From: Longimicrobiales bacterium
Lineage (GTDB): Bacteria > Gemmatimonadota > Gemmatimonadetes > Longimicrobiales > Gaopeijiaceae
Assembly: GCA_965198065.1 (NCBI GenBank)
Contig: CBDAON010000001.1
Span: 1-40,407, forward strand
DNA: 40,407 bases
Direction of reading: 5' to 3'
This document shows, in pieces, positions 16,466 through 26,752 of this stretch (position 1 is the stretch's first letter; each line of letters begins with the position of its first letter). The position numbers and the translations under genes are program-made. A model generated the notes under the pieces. It saw nothing but the letters and a program-made list of their open reading frames with translations. It did no database searches and was not told the DNA's origin.

Positions 16466-18418
16466 ATGCTCCAAGTGGTGCGGCGCGTGGCCCGGCAGGG
16501 CCTCGGGATGACGGCGGCAGGGTGCGCGTGCCTCGTCGCCGGAGCCTGTGCCGCCCGGGAGGGGGCAGCTCCCGCTTCGGGCCCGGGAGCCGCGCAGGGG
16601 TCGGTCGAAGCCACTTGGGTCCGGCGGGTCGATCCTTTTCTGGTACGGGATTCGGCCGGCACGCCGTACGACTTCCCCTTCCTCGGGGGATTTAATGCCC
16701 CGCGGCCGCAGCTCGTAGACCTGGACGGGGACGGGGACTCCGATCTCGTCGTGCAGGAGGTGACCGGGCAGCTCCTCTACTTCGAGCGCGAGGAGGGAGC
16801 CGAGCCCCGCTTCCGCTGGCGTCCCGAAGTCCTCCGGGACCAGACGGTCGGCGAGTGGTACCGATTCGTGGACACGGACGGGGACGGGAATCAGGACCTC
16901 CTCACCGAGTCCCCCTTCAACTACATCCGGTTCTACCGGAATCGGGGCGCGGCGGGGGAGCTTCGGCTCGATCTGGTAGCGGACACGCTACGAGACACCC
17001 GGGGGGCCCCGATCTTCTCCGACCGGCAGAACATCCCGAACGCAGCAGACATCGACTGCGACGGTTTCCTGGACCTCCTCGTGGGCCGCCTCGTGGGCAC
17101 GATCTCCCGGTACGAGGCGACCGCCCGGGGGCCCGACGGCCCCCTCGCCTTTCGCCTCGTCACCGACCGCTTCGGAGGAATCGAGATCGTGGCCGACCCG
17201 ATCGCGGCGCCGCCGGCCGGCGGGGGGCTCAGTCCGTTCGCGCTCCCCGCCTGGGACGCCGGGGCCGCCGCTGCCCTCACTCGTCACGGGGCCAACACGA
17301 TGGCCCTCTCGGACATCGACCAAGACGGCGACCTCGACCTCTTCTGGGGGGACTTCTTCGAGCCGGGACTCCTCTTCATCGAGAACACGGGGTCGTGCGA
17401 GGCGCCCGACCTGTCCAGCCCTCCTCTCCCCTTCCCCGCGCGTGATCCCCTCCGGACCAGCGGATACAACGCGCCCGCCTTCGGCGACCTGGACGAGGAC
17501 GGGGATCTGGATCTCCTGGTCGGAGTCCTGGGCGGCGCCTACAACCCCATCACCACCGGCGCCGACAACCTCTTCCACCTTGTCCAAGAGGAGGGCACGT
17601 TCCGGGTCGAGAGCTCGCGCTTCCTCTCCCAGATCGACGTGGGAACGGAGAGCGTGGTCTCGCTCGTGGACCTCGACGGTGACGGCGACCTGGACCTCCT
17701 GGTCGGCAATCGCATCGACCCGGGCGAGCAGGAGACCGCCCACCTGTATCGGTTCGAGAACGTGGGAGGCCCGCGAACGCCCGCGTTCGCCTGGACCGGC
17801 CGGCTCGACGTCCCCGGCGCGTACCACAACGCGCCCGCCTTCGGTGACCTGGACGCCGACGGGGACCTCGACCTCGTCCTGGGAACGTGGCGCCCCGAGG
17901 TTCTATACCTCGAGAACGTGGGATCCGCGATCGAGCCTCGCTTCGAGCTTCGGGATTCCGCGATCGCAACCCTGACTCGGGGAAGCAATGCCACGCCGGC
18001 CCTCGGAGACCTGGACGACGACGGGGATTTGGACGTCCTCGTCGGCGAGGCGTCGGGCCAGCTGAACCTCTATCGAAACGTCGGAGGCCCGTCGAGCCCG
18101 CGGTTCGAGCTCGTGAGCGACGATTACGTCGAGAGCCTCGAGGGGAATCGGAGGAGTTACCCCGTCTTGGTCGACTGGGACGGGGACGGGGACCTCGACC
18201 TTGCCGTCGGCACGGAAGCGGGGGGAATCCTCTACTTCGAGAACCGCGGAGACCGCTCCTCCCCAGCCTTCGTTCCAGCGCCCTCGCCTTTTCCTCCCTC
18301 GCGCGACCTCCCCGCCCTGTCGGTGCCGGCCCTCGGGGACCTCGACGGGGACGGCAGCCCGGACCTCCTTCTCGGCGGAGCCGGCGGCGGCGTCGTCTAC
18401 TTCGAGCCGATCCTCTGA
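16466..18418 (+). CDS. FG-GAP/VCBS repeat secreted (lipo)protein
   Basis: About 10 DxDGDGDLDL Ca-binding repeats with PAFGDLD/YFEN motifs; N-terminal signal with LVAGAC. Confidence 0.9.
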   Translation: MLQVVRRVARQGLGMTAAGCACLVAGACAAREGAAPASGPGAAQGSVEATWVRRVDPFLVRDSAGTPYDFPFLGGFNAPRPQLVDLDGDGDSDLVVQEVTGQLLYFEREEGAEPRFRWRPEVLRDQTVGEWYRFVDTDGDGNQDLLTESPFNYIRFYRNRGAAGELRLDLVADTLRDTRGAPIFSDRQNIPNAADIDCDGFLDLLVGRLVGTISRYEATARGPDGPLAFRLVTDRFGGIEIVADPIAAPPAGGGLSPFALPAWDAGAAAALTRHGANTMALSDIDQDGDLDLFWGDFFEPGLLFIENTGSCEAPDLSSPPLPFPARDPLRTSGYNAPAFGDLDEDGDLDLLVGVLGGAYNPITTGADNLFHLVQEEGTFRVESSRFLSQIDVGTESVVSLVDLDGDGDLDLLVGNRIDPGEQETAHLYRFENVGGPRTPAFAWTGRLDVPGAYHNAPAFGDLDADGDLDLVLGTWRPEVLYLENVGSAIEPRFELRDSAIATLTRGSNATPALGDLDDDGDLDVLVGEASGQLNLYRNVGGPSSPRFELVSDDYVESLEGNRRSYPVLVDWDGDGDLDLAVGTEAGGILYFENRGDRSSPAFVPAPSPFPPSRDLPALSVPALGDLDGDGSPDLLLGGAGGGVVYFEPIL

Positions 18419-18652
18419 TCCGACCCGGGAGGCCGTGCGGGAGGGGGCGGCCGATCCCGTCCCGGGCGCCGTTCGGCCCGGAGCGTGCGAGACCAGCCGA
18501 TCGCATCCCCTGGGCCGTTCGGCGGCGGCAGGTGGGGACCCCGAACCCGACCCGGCTGGTACGGTTGAGTCGGACCGCTTATCGTGCGGGGATCGCTCGA
18601 GGTGCCCGCGCCTCGGGTCCAGCGTAAACGCCAATCGAGGGAGGCAGAGGGG

Positions 18653-21055
18653 ATGGCCCGACGACTCGGGGTGTTGGGGGCGCTGCTTCTGGTCGCAAGT
18701 CCGCTGTCGGGCCAGGGGTTCGGGTCCCAGGTCGCCGTCTCGGACGGAGAGATCCTCATTGCCGAGCCGGTCCGGCGCGGCCCGGCCACGCTCTACCGGT
18801 ACGGGCTCTCCGGAGGCGAGTGGGAGCAGGTCGGGACGCTGACGGCGCCTTCGGCGGGGACCGGAGGCGACTACTTCGGTCGGGTCGTTCTCGTGGACGA
18901 GCGCTCCATGATCATCGGGGGAACTACCTACCAGGAGTCGACCGGGGGGGTATGGGCTTACCGACGTGACGCGAGCGAGTGGGTGTTCGACCAGATCCTC
19001 CAGCCAGATTCTGTCGTGGAGGGCGAGGCGTTCGGCCGATTCGGCGTTCTGGACGGGGATCGCCTGTTTGTCTCCTCACTGGGTTTTCGCGGAGCGGGTG
19101 CCGTCTGGCTGTTCGAGCGGGACGACGTGACCGGGTCGTGGAGCCAGCAGGCGAGGATTCAACCCTTGAATCCAACTCCCCAGCAGTTCTTCGGGTGGGG
19201 GCTGGCGTACGATGGGGAACGCCTGATCGTGGGCTCGTTAGAGGGGGTCGAGTCGGGCACCGGCGCCGCGTACGTCTTCGTGGAAGAAGACGAGGGACGC
19301 TGGATCGAGGAGGCGCGACTGGCTCTTCCGGACGACGAGGCGGCCCCGTTCGACGCCGGCGGGCCTGGCGGCCCGGGCACGATCGGCGTCGGATGGTTCG
19401 AGGGGATGGCCCTCCTCGGCCTCCCTGGGCGGGCCGACGGCGAGGGCGCGGCCTACACCTTCCGCCGCGACCCAGTCACGGAGCAGTGGGTACGCGGCAC
19501 GACCCTGAGCGCGTTCGATCGACGTCCTGGGTCGTCGTTCGGCCACGGATTTCACGTGCGCGACGGGGAGCTCTGGGTCTCGGCCCCTGGGGCCGGGCTA
19601 GGCGGGAACATCTACGCGTTCTCGTACGATGCCGCGACCGGCGAGTTCAGCGGAGCCGTCAGCATAACAAATACGATCGACGCAGACGTGGACGACGGGT
19701 TCGGGTTCACCGTCGTGACTCAGGGGGATCTGGCCGTGGTCGGCCAGACGCTCGACGACAACGGCCTGGGATCGGTCGTCGTGCTCCGGAACCGGGACGG
19801 TGAATGGACTTCCGAGGCCAAGCTCCTCATCCCGTTCCCGGAAGGCCCGTCCGCGCTCGCGGGCAGCGAGGTCGCGTGCGGAGCCGACGGGACCGCGGAG
19901 GGATTCGGGTGCTCGGACGTCAGTCTCCTCTCGTTCCTCCCCGTTCGGTCGATCGGCGGGACCCGCGGGTCGGAAATGAACGATGTGTGGGGATGGACGG
20001 ATCCCGAAACCGGTCGTGAATACGTGATCGGCGGGCGCACGGACGGGACGGCGTTCGTGGACGTCACCGATCCCGTGAACCCGCGTTACGTAGGGAACCT
20101 GAGGAAGACCCGGGGATCCGTCTCCAGCGCGTGGCGCGACATGAAGGTGTTCGGGAACCACGTCTTCGTCGTGGCGGACGGCTCGGGGCCGCACGGTATG
20201 CAGGTGTTCGACCTCACCCGCCTTCGTTCCGTGACCGGGGACCCCCAGAACTTCGACGCCGACCTGGTCTACCGGCGAATCGCGAGCGCTCACAACATCG
20301 CGATCAACGAGGAAACCGCCATCGCCTATGCCGTGGGTGCGAACTCGGGAGGCGAGACGTGCGGGGGCGGGCTCCACATGATCGACATCAACGAACCCAG
20401 GAACCCGGTCTTCGCGGGCTGCTTCCAGCACGCGGGCACGGGTCGGTCGGGAAGCGGGTACACGCACGACGCGATGTGCACCATCTACCATGGCCCCGAC
20501 CTGGACCACGTAGGGAGGGAGATCTGCTTCGGCGCCAACGAAACGGCCCTCTCGATCGCGGACGTCACGGACAAGTCCGCCCCGGTAGCCCTGGGAAGCG
20601 CCACGTACCCGAACGTCGCATACGCCCACCAGGGATGGATCACCGAGGATCACCGGTACTTCTTCCTCGACGACGAGCTCGACGAAGGGGAGGCGCAGAG
20701 AGACGGGCCAATGGCAGGGACTCGGACGCTGGTGTGGGACGTATCGGACCTGGACGACCCGGTCCTCGCGCTGGAGCACTTCGGCGAGACGCTCACCACC
20801 GACCACAACCTCTACATCAGGGGCGACCTGATGTACCAATCTAACTACCAGAGCGGGCTCAGGATCCTGAACATCCGGGACCCGCTCGTCCCGTTCGAGG
20901 TGGCGTACTTCGACACCGTGCCCGACGACGAGTCGGTTCGGATGGACGGGTCGTGGTCGAACTACCCGTATTTCGAGAGCGGCACCATCGCGGTCACGAG
21001 CCGCCAGGAGGGTTTGTTCCTCGTCCGGCACAACCCGCGGGAGCTCCTCCCCTAG
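18653..21055 (+). CDS. Choice-of-anchor B family protein with N-terminal FG-GAP propeller (copy 1)
   Basis: Signal peptide and FG-GAP repeats, then NDVWGWTDPETGREY, WRDMK, SAHN, YTHDAMC, YAHQGW, DDELDE, DHN and WSNYPYF motifs. Confidence 0.9.
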   Translation: MARRLGVLGALLLVASPLSGQGFGSQVAVSDGEILIAEPVRRGPATLYRYGLSGGEWEQVGTLTAPSAGTGGDYFGRVVLVDERSMIIGGTTYQESTGGVWAYRRDASEWVFDQILQPDSVVEGEAFGRFGVLDGDRLFVSSLGFRGAGAVWLFERDDVTGSWSQQARIQPLNPTPQQFFGWGLAYDGERLIVGSLEGVESGTGAAYVFVEEDEGRWIEEARLALPDDEAAPFDAGGPGGPGTIGVGWFEGMALLGLPGRADGEGAAYTFRRDPVTEQWVRGTTLSAFDRRPGSSFGHGFHVRDGELWVSAPGAGLGGNIYAFSYDAATGEFSGAVSITNTIDADVDDGFGFTVVTQGDLAVVGQTLDDNGLGSVVVLRNRDGEWTSEAKLLIPFPEGPSALAGSEVACGADGTAEGFGCSDVSLLSFLPVRSIGGTRGSEMNDVWGWTDPETGREYVIGGRTDGTAFVDVTDPVNPRYVGNLRKTRGSVSSAWRDMKVFGNHVFVVADGSGPHGMQVFDLTRLRSVTGDPQNFDADLVYRRIASAHNIAINEETAIAYAVGANSGGETCGGGLHMIDINEPRNPVFAGCFQHAGTGRSGSGYTHDAMCTIYHGPDLDHVGREICFGANETALSIADVTDKSAPVALGSATYPNVAYAHQGWITEDHRYFFLDDELDEGEAQRDGPMAGTRTLVWDVSDLDDPVLALEHFGETLTTDHNLYIRGDLMYQSNYQSGLRILNIRDPLVPFEVAYFDTVPDDESVRMDGSWSNYPYFESGTIAVTSRQEGLFLVRHNPRELLP

Positions 21056-21127
21056 GGGACCGTAGCCGAGAGGGCCTCGTGCGAGCGGCCGTTCGAAACC
21101 TGGTCGATCGCGCCCGAGGCGGGCTCC

Positions 21128-23584
21128 ATGGGCGATAGGTCTCTCCGGTGGCGATGCCCTCCTCCCTCCTGGGCCCTCCTCGCCGCCGTCCTCGCGTCGC
21201 TCGTCCCCCTTCTTCTCGGCGCGCAGCAGTTCGGGGCGCAGGTGGCGATCGAGAACGGAGATGTCCTGGTTTCCGAGCCCGTGAACATCGACGCGCCCGC
21301 CACGGTGCGCCGCTACGGGCTCGTGGACGGTGCTTGGGAGCAGGTCGGCTTGCTACGGGCCCCGCCGCACGAGTACGCCACGGACTACTTCGGGCGGGTC
21401 CTGGGGCTCGACGACCGCTCTCTGATGGTGTCCGGGACGGCCTTCCAGGATGGGGTGGGCGCCATCTGGGCGTACCGCCGGGGCAACGAAGGATGGACAT
21501 TCGATCGAGTCCTCCAGCCCTCGCCGCTGCCCGAGGGGGGCGCCTTCGGTCGCGCAGGCCAGCTCTATGGCAACCTCTTCTTCGTCTCGTCCGTCGCGTT
21601 TGGGGGAGGAGTCGGAGCCGTCTGGGTGTTCGAGCGTGACGCCTCGGGCGGGTGGCTCGAACGGGGTCGGATCGATCCCGAGGGCGCAGCGCCCGATGAG
21701 CGTTTCGGTTGGAGCGTCGCGTACGACGGTGAGCGACTGCTCGTGGGTGCCCTCGGGGGCGAGGCGCTCCGGGGCGCAGCCTACGTGTTCACGCGGGCAG
21801 GCGACGGCACCTGGATCCAGGAGGCACGTCTCGCCCTCCCGGACGACGTAGCCCGACCGGGAGACGCCGGCGCAAGCACGAGCGGGGTGTCGCCCAGCGC
21901 CACGATGGCCGTCGGGTGGTTCCGCGGAACGGCCCTCCTCGGCCTCCCGGGTCGAAATGACGGTGCCGGAGCCGTTTACACGTTCGTGAGACAGCCCGTC
22001 GGCGGGGCCTGGGTGAGGGACCTGACGCTCACGGCGTTCGACCCGGCCTCCGGTGCCGCGTTCGGCCACGCGTTCCACACGGTGGACGGCGAGCTCTGGA
22101 TCTCCTCCCCGGGGAACGCCTTCTCCGGCAGCATCTACCGGTTCGCGTACGACGCCTCACGGGACGCTTTCCTCGGCGCGACCAAGCTCCGGAACACGAT
22201 CGATCCCGACATGGGCGACGGTTTCGGCTGGGTCGTGGCCAGGGAGGGGGATCTCGCCGCCATCGGCCAGCCGACGGACGACGGAGGGCTGGGGTCGGTC
22301 ATCGTGATGCGGAATCGGGGAGGGGAGTGGGCTTCCGAGGCGAAGCTCATGGTGCCGGGGCCGCCCGGGCTCGCGCCGATCGCCGGAGGCGCCCTCGAAT
22401 GCGGGCCGGAGGACACGGCAGACGCATTCAACTGCTCGGGCGTGGACCTGCTGTCGTTCCTGCCGATCTCGTCCCTTGGCGGAGGCCGCCTGACGATGGT
22501 GAACGACGTGTGGGGATGGACGGACCCGGAATCGGAGCGCGAGTACGCGATCGTGGGACGGACGGACGGGGTCGCCTTCGTCGACGTCACGGATCCGGTC
22601 AGTCCGCGGTACGTGGGGAGCCTCCCGAAGACCCCCGGCTCACGCTCCAACATGTGGCGAGACGTGAAGGCGATCGGGAACTACGCGGTCGTGGTGGCCG
22701 ACGCCGGGGGCCGCCACGGCATGCAGGTCTTCGACCTGACGCGCCTCCGCGGCGTGGAGGGCACCCCGGCCATTTTCGAGGCCGACGCCGTCTACGACGG
22801 GATCACGAGCGCTCACAACGTGGCCGTGAACGAGGAGACGAGGATAGCGTACGTGGTGGGAGCGAACGGCGGCGGCGAGACGTGTGGGGGTGGCCTCCAC
22901 ATGGTGGACATGAGCGAGCCCGTGGCCCCGACCTTCGCGGGGTGCTTCCAGCACCCGGGGACGGGAGAGAACGGCACCGGGTACACGCACGATGCGATGT
23001 GCGTGATCTACCGGGGTCCTGATCTCGAGCACGAGGGACGGGAGATCTGCTTCGGCGCGAACGAGACGGCGCTCTCCGTCGCGGACGTCACGGACAAGTC
23101 AAGTCCCGTGCCCCTTTCGGTCGCGGCCCCCCCCCACCCCGCGTACGTCCACCAGGGGTGGCTAACCGAGGACCATCGGTACTTCTTCCTAGACGACGAG
23201 CTGGACGAGTACTACTCCATGGAAGGGCTGGCCCCGCCCCTGGCCGGTGCCCGTACGATGATCTGGGACGTGAGCGACCTGGACGACCCCGTGCTCGTGA
23301 AGGAGCACGAGGGCGAGACGCTCACCATCGATCACAATCTCTACATCCGCGGCAACCTGATGTACCAGGCGAACTACGAGAGCGGGCTCCGGATCCTGAG
23401 CGTGAGCGACCCCGAGAACCCCGTGGAGGTCGGGTTCTTCGACACGGTCCCGGAAAGCGACAGCGTCGAGTTTAACGGCTCGTGGTCGAGCTACCCGTTC
23501 TTCGAGAGCGGGACGATTGTAGTGACGAGCATGCAGGAGGGCGTTTTCTTCCTGCGTTACGATCCTCGAGAGCCTCTCCCGTAG
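21128..23584 (+). CDS. Choice-of-anchor B family protein with N-terminal FG-GAP propeller (copy 2, tandem paralog)
   Basis: Same motif series and architecture as 18653-21055. Confidence 0.9.
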   Translation: MGDRSLRWRCPPPSWALLAAVLASLVPLLLGAQQFGAQVAIENGDVLVSEPVNIDAPATVRRYGLVDGAWEQVGLLRAPPHEYATDYFGRVLGLDDRSLMVSGTAFQDGVGAIWAYRRGNEGWTFDRVLQPSPLPEGGAFGRAGQLYGNLFFVSSVAFGGGVGAVWVFERDASGGWLERGRIDPEGAAPDERFGWSVAYDGERLLVGALGGEALRGAAYVFTRAGDGTWIQEARLALPDDVARPGDAGASTSGVSPSATMAVGWFRGTALLGLPGRNDGAGAVYTFVRQPVGGAWVRDLTLTAFDPASGAAFGHAFHTVDGELWISSPGNAFSGSIYRFAYDASRDAFLGATKLRNTIDPDMGDGFGWVVAREGDLAAIGQPTDDGGLGSVIVMRNRGGEWASEAKLMVPGPPGLAPIAGGALECGPEDTADAFNCSGVDLLSFLPISSLGGGRLTMVNDVWGWTDPESEREYAIVGRTDGVAFVDVTDPVSPRYVGSLPKTPGSRSNMWRDVKAIGNYAVVVADAGGRHGMQVFDLTRLRGVEGTPAIFEADAVYDGITSAHNVAVNEETRIAYVVGANGGGETCGGGLHMVDMSEPVAPTFAGCFQHPGTGENGTGYTHDAMCVIYRGPDLEHEGREICFGANETALSVADVTDKSSPVPLSVAAPPHPAYVHQGWLTEDHRYFFLDDELDEYYSMEGLAPPLAGARTMIWDVSDLDDPVLVKEHEGETLTIDHNLYIRGNLMYQANYESGLRILSVSDPENPVEVGFFDTVPESDSVEFNGSWSSYPFFESGTIVVTSMQEGVFFLRYDPREPLP

Positions 23585-23587
23585 GCG

Positions 23588-24589
23588 ATGCTCAACTACA
23601 TCTGGGCCGCGCTCATCGTCTCGAGCTTCCTCTTCGCGGCGGTCCGCGACATCGGCGACCTGGCACGAGATAGGTACCGGAACGGGGAGCCGCTCCCAGT
23701 GGAGCTCGTGTTCCCGAACAATTTCGATCCCGTGGTACGGGAGATCGCCGTCGAGATCCGGATCGATCCCTCCGAGCACGCGGCGTTTTACGGAACCGAG
23801 CTTCCGCCCACCGACGCCTACGCCGGGACGCTCGTCCAGACCGCCGAGGGGCGGCAGATCCGCTTCGACCTGGGGGAGGCCCTCCCCGAACCGCTGGCAA
23901 CGATCCAGGGCGTTTCCGGGTCCGGAGACGGAGAGCTCCAGGGCGCGGTCGAGCTCGCGGCCTTCGCCGGCGTCTTCCTGCTGAGCGACGAGCCGCCCTT
24001 CACGATCGAGGCTGACGTCGTCTTCCAGCCGGTCCGCTTCGTGGCCATGAACGCGATCGGCGCTGCGGCCCTGGAGTTCGCCGAGACGGCCGCGACCATC
24101 GCCCTCGGGCTGATCGGTGTCCTCGCCCTGTTTCTCGGCCTCCTCAAGATCGGGGAGAAGGCGGGGGTCATCCACACAATCGTGGGATTCGTGCGCCCCG
24201 TCCTCCGTCCGCTGTTCCCGCAGGTGCCCGCGGATCACCCCGCGCTCGGCATGATCGCGTTGAACCTGACGGCGAATATCTTCGGCCTCGGGAACGCCGC
24301 GACCCCGTTCGGGATCAAGGCGATGGAGGAGCTCCAGAAGTTGAATCCAACGAACGACACGGCCACGGACCCGATGGTCATGCTTCTCGCCATCAACACG
24401 GCCAGCGTCCAGGTCGTGCCGCCCGTGCTCCTCCTGGCGCTCCTGGGGCTCCAGATCAACCAGCTCATCTTCGCCATCCTGCTCACGACTGGTCTCTCCC
24501 TGCTGATCGCGGTCGTCGCGGTACGGCTCTACGGGAAGCTCCCCAGCTCCCGCGCGTCCGACCCCAATCGCGTGGAGAGGGAGGGCTGA
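23588..24589 (+). CDS. spmA: SpmA-like membrane protein (nucleoside recognition/Gate domain) with a large extracytoplasmic insertion
   Basis: MLNYIW start; LFPQVPADHPALGMIALNLTANIFGLGNAATPFGIKAMEELQKLN and LAINTAS motifs. Confidence 0.88.
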   Translation: MLNYIWAALIVSSFLFAAVRDIGDLARDRYRNGEPLPVELVFPNNFDPVVREIAVEIRIDPSEHAAFYGTELPPTDAYAGTLVQTAEGRQIRFDLGEALPEPLATIQGVSGSGDGELQGAVELAAFAGVFLLSDEPPFTIEADVVFQPVRFVAMNAIGAAALEFAETAATIALGLIGVLALFLGLLKIGEKAGVIHTIVGFVRPVLRPLFPQVPADHPALGMIALNLTANIFGLGNAATPFGIKAMEELQKLNPTNDTATDPMVMLLAINTASVQVVPPVLLLALLGLQINQLIFAILLTTGLSLLIAVVAVRLYGKLPSSRASDPNRVEREG

Positions 24590-24591
24590 CG

Positions 24592-25134
24592 ATGGAGCTC
24601 GTCCGCGAGACGATCGGCCTCCTCTCCTATTTCGTGATCCCGGCGATCGCCGTCGGCTTTCCGCTGTACGGGCTCTACAAGCGGGTGCCCGTCTACGAGG
24701 CGTTCGTCGAGGGCGCGAAGGAGGGATTCCAGGTCGCCGTCCGCATCATCCCCTATCTGGTGGCGATCCTCTTCGCGATCGGGATGTTTCGCGCCAGCGG
24801 GGCCATGGACTTCCTCGTGGCGGCGTTGAACCCCGTCCTGAGCCTGATCGGCTTCCCCGCCGAGGTCCTACCCATGGCGATCATCCGTCCCCTCACGGGC
24901 TCTGGCTCGGCCGCGCTGGTCGCGGAGATGGTCAACCAGTACGGGGAGGACTCCCTGTTCGTGAAGATGGCCGCGGTCATGTACGGATCGAGCGAGACCA
25001 CCTTCTACGTGATCGCCGTCTACTTCGGGGCCATCAACATCAAGCGCACGAGGCACGCCATCCTGGCCGGGCTAACAGCCGACGTGGCCGCCGCCCTGCT
25101 CGCGGTCTGGACGGTCCGCCTCCTGTTCGGCTGA
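24592..25134 (+). CDS. spmB: SpmB-like membrane protein
   Basis: VYEAFVEGAKEGF, RPLTGSGS and GSSETTFYVIAVYFG motifs; starts 2 nt after spmA. Confidence 0.92.
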   Translation: MELVRETIGLLSYFVIPAIAVGFPLYGLYKRVPVYEAFVEGAKEGFQVAVRIIPYLVAILFAIGMFRASGAMDFLVAALNPVLSLIGFPAEVLPMAIIRPLTGSGSAALVAEMVNQYGEDSLFVKMAAVMYGSSETTFYVIAVYFGAINIKRTRHAILAGLTADVAAALLAVWTVRLLFG

Positions 25135-25270
25135 CTTCGACCCGCTTTCGGCCGCCGCCGATCAAGCTCCCGATCTTCGCGCTTTCGCGCCCGTCTAGCC
25201 GCGGATCCTGGAGGGCGAGGGCCCCCCGGGGCCGTGGAGTTTCCCGGGCGGTCAGGGTACCGTTCGGGCC

Positions 25271-26752
25271 ATGCACTATCACCTGATCGGGATCGCGGGC
25301 ACGGCCATGGCATCGCTCGCCGGCCTCCTCCGCGAGAAGGGGCACTGGGCAACTGGTTCGGACGAGGGGGTCTACCCCCCGATGTCCACGCAGCTCGACG
25401 CACTCGGCATCGAATACGCGACGCGTTTCGATCCGGCCAACCTGGACCCGGCGCCCGATGTCGTCGTTGTCGGGAACGCGATCAGCCGCGGGAACGAGGA
25501 GCTCGAAGCGGTCCTCGATCGCCGCCTTCGGTACGCGTCGTCGGCCGAGGTCCTGAGGGAGGAGTTCCTGCGCGACCGGCACGTGCTCGCCGTCGCGGGG
25601 ACCCACGGGAAGACCACGACGACATCGATCCTCGCCTGGCTGCTCGAGCGGGCCGGGCTCGGGCCGTCATTCATGATAGGGGGCGTGGCAGAGAACTTCG
25701 GGACCTCCTTCCGGCTGACCGATTCCGAGATCTTCGTCGTCGAGGCGGACGAGTACGACACGGCCTACTTCGACAAGGGGCCGAAGATGTGGCACTACCG
25801 TCCCCGGACGGCCGTGGTCGCGAACGTGGACTTCGACCATGCCGACGTCTTCCGGGACGAGATCGCCTATCGCTTCGCGTTCGAGCGCTTCGTGAACCTC
25901 ATCCCGCAGACAGGCACGCTGGTCCTGGGCTGGGACTCCCCGTTCGCGAGAGACCTCGCCCCGCGCTCTTACGCGCCCATCGAGTCGTTTGCGGTCGAGG
26001 CAAACGAAGGCGGGGACGAGGAGCGTGGTGCGGCTGAGGCTCCGGGCGCGACCGAGGCCGGGGACAGGGGCCTGGGTCCGGGCGAGCACCCGCGCTGGAG
26101 GGCGCTCCAACTAAGTCACCGACCGGACGGAACCAAGTTCACGGTCGTCCATGACGGACGAGAAATGGGGACCGTCTCTTCTCCCCTCTCGGGAACCTTC
26201 AACGTTCGAAACGCACTGGCCGCGCTGGCCGCGGCGAGCACAGTCGGCGCGCCGTGGGAAGCGCTCGCCGAGGGCCTAGGTTCCTTCCGGAGCGTGCGCC
26301 AGCGCATGGAAGTCCGTGGCGAGGTCGGCGGAGTGACGGTCATTGACGACTTCGCGCACCATCCGACGGCTGTGCGCGAGACTGTCGAAGCCGTCCGGAC
26401 CCGCTTCCCCGAGCGGAGGGTGGTCGCAATCTTCGAGCCTCGGAGCTATACGGCGCAGCGGAGGGAGCTCCAGGAGGGGTTCCGCCGCGCCCTGGGGCAT
26501 GCGGACCGGATCGTCCTCGCGGGACTCTTCCACCCCGAGCGATACGACGCCGACACTGGGCTGGACCCGGAGGTGCTCGTCCAATCGATCAGAGAGGACG
26601 GGATCGAGGCCGACTACGTCCCCGACGTGGACCGGATCGTGGATCTCATGGCCCGGACCGCCCGGCCGGGGGACGTCCTCCTCGTCATGTCAAACGGGGC
26701 GTTCGGCGGGATCCACGAGAAGCTCCTGGCACGACTCGGGGCGCCGCCCTAG
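25271..26752 (+). CDS. mpl: Murein peptide ligase (UDP-MurNAc:L-Ala-gamma-D-Glu-mDAP ligase)
   Basis: HLIGIAGTAM, YPPMSTQL, GNAISRGN, GTHGKTTT, EADEYDTAYFDK, DDFAHHPT, FEPRS and MSNGAFGGIH are diagnostic of Mpl rather than MurC. Confidence 0.92.
   Translation: MHYHLIGIAGTAMASLAGLLREKGHWATGSDEGVYPPMSTQLDALGIEYATRFDPANLDPAPDVVVVGNAISRGNEELEAVLDRRLRYASSAEVLREEFLRDRHVLAVAGTHGKTTTTSILAWLLERAGLGPSFMIGGVAENFGTSFRLTDSEIFVVEADEYDTAYFDKGPKMWHYRPRTAVVANVDFDHADVFRDEIAYRFAFERFVNLIPQTGTLVLGWDSPFARDLAPRSYAPIESFAVEANEGGDEERGAAEAPGATEAGDRGLGPGEHPRWRALQLSHRPDGTKFTVVHDGREMGTVSSPLSGTFNVRNALAALAAASTVGAPWEALAEGLGSFRSVRQRMEVRGEVGGVTVIDDFAHHPTAVRETVEAVRTRFPERRVVAIFEPRSYTAQRRELQEGFRRALGHADRIVLAGLFHPERYDADTGLDPEVLVQSIREDGIEADYVPDVDRIVDLMARTARPGDVLLVMSNGAFGGIHEKLLARLGAPP

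Noticed and set aside
18535..18580. CCCGAACCCG resembling part of the c-di-AMP (ydaO) riboswitch
   Set aside because: The other conserved elements (GCTGAATCC, GGGGTGAA, TCAGCTAAC) are absent.
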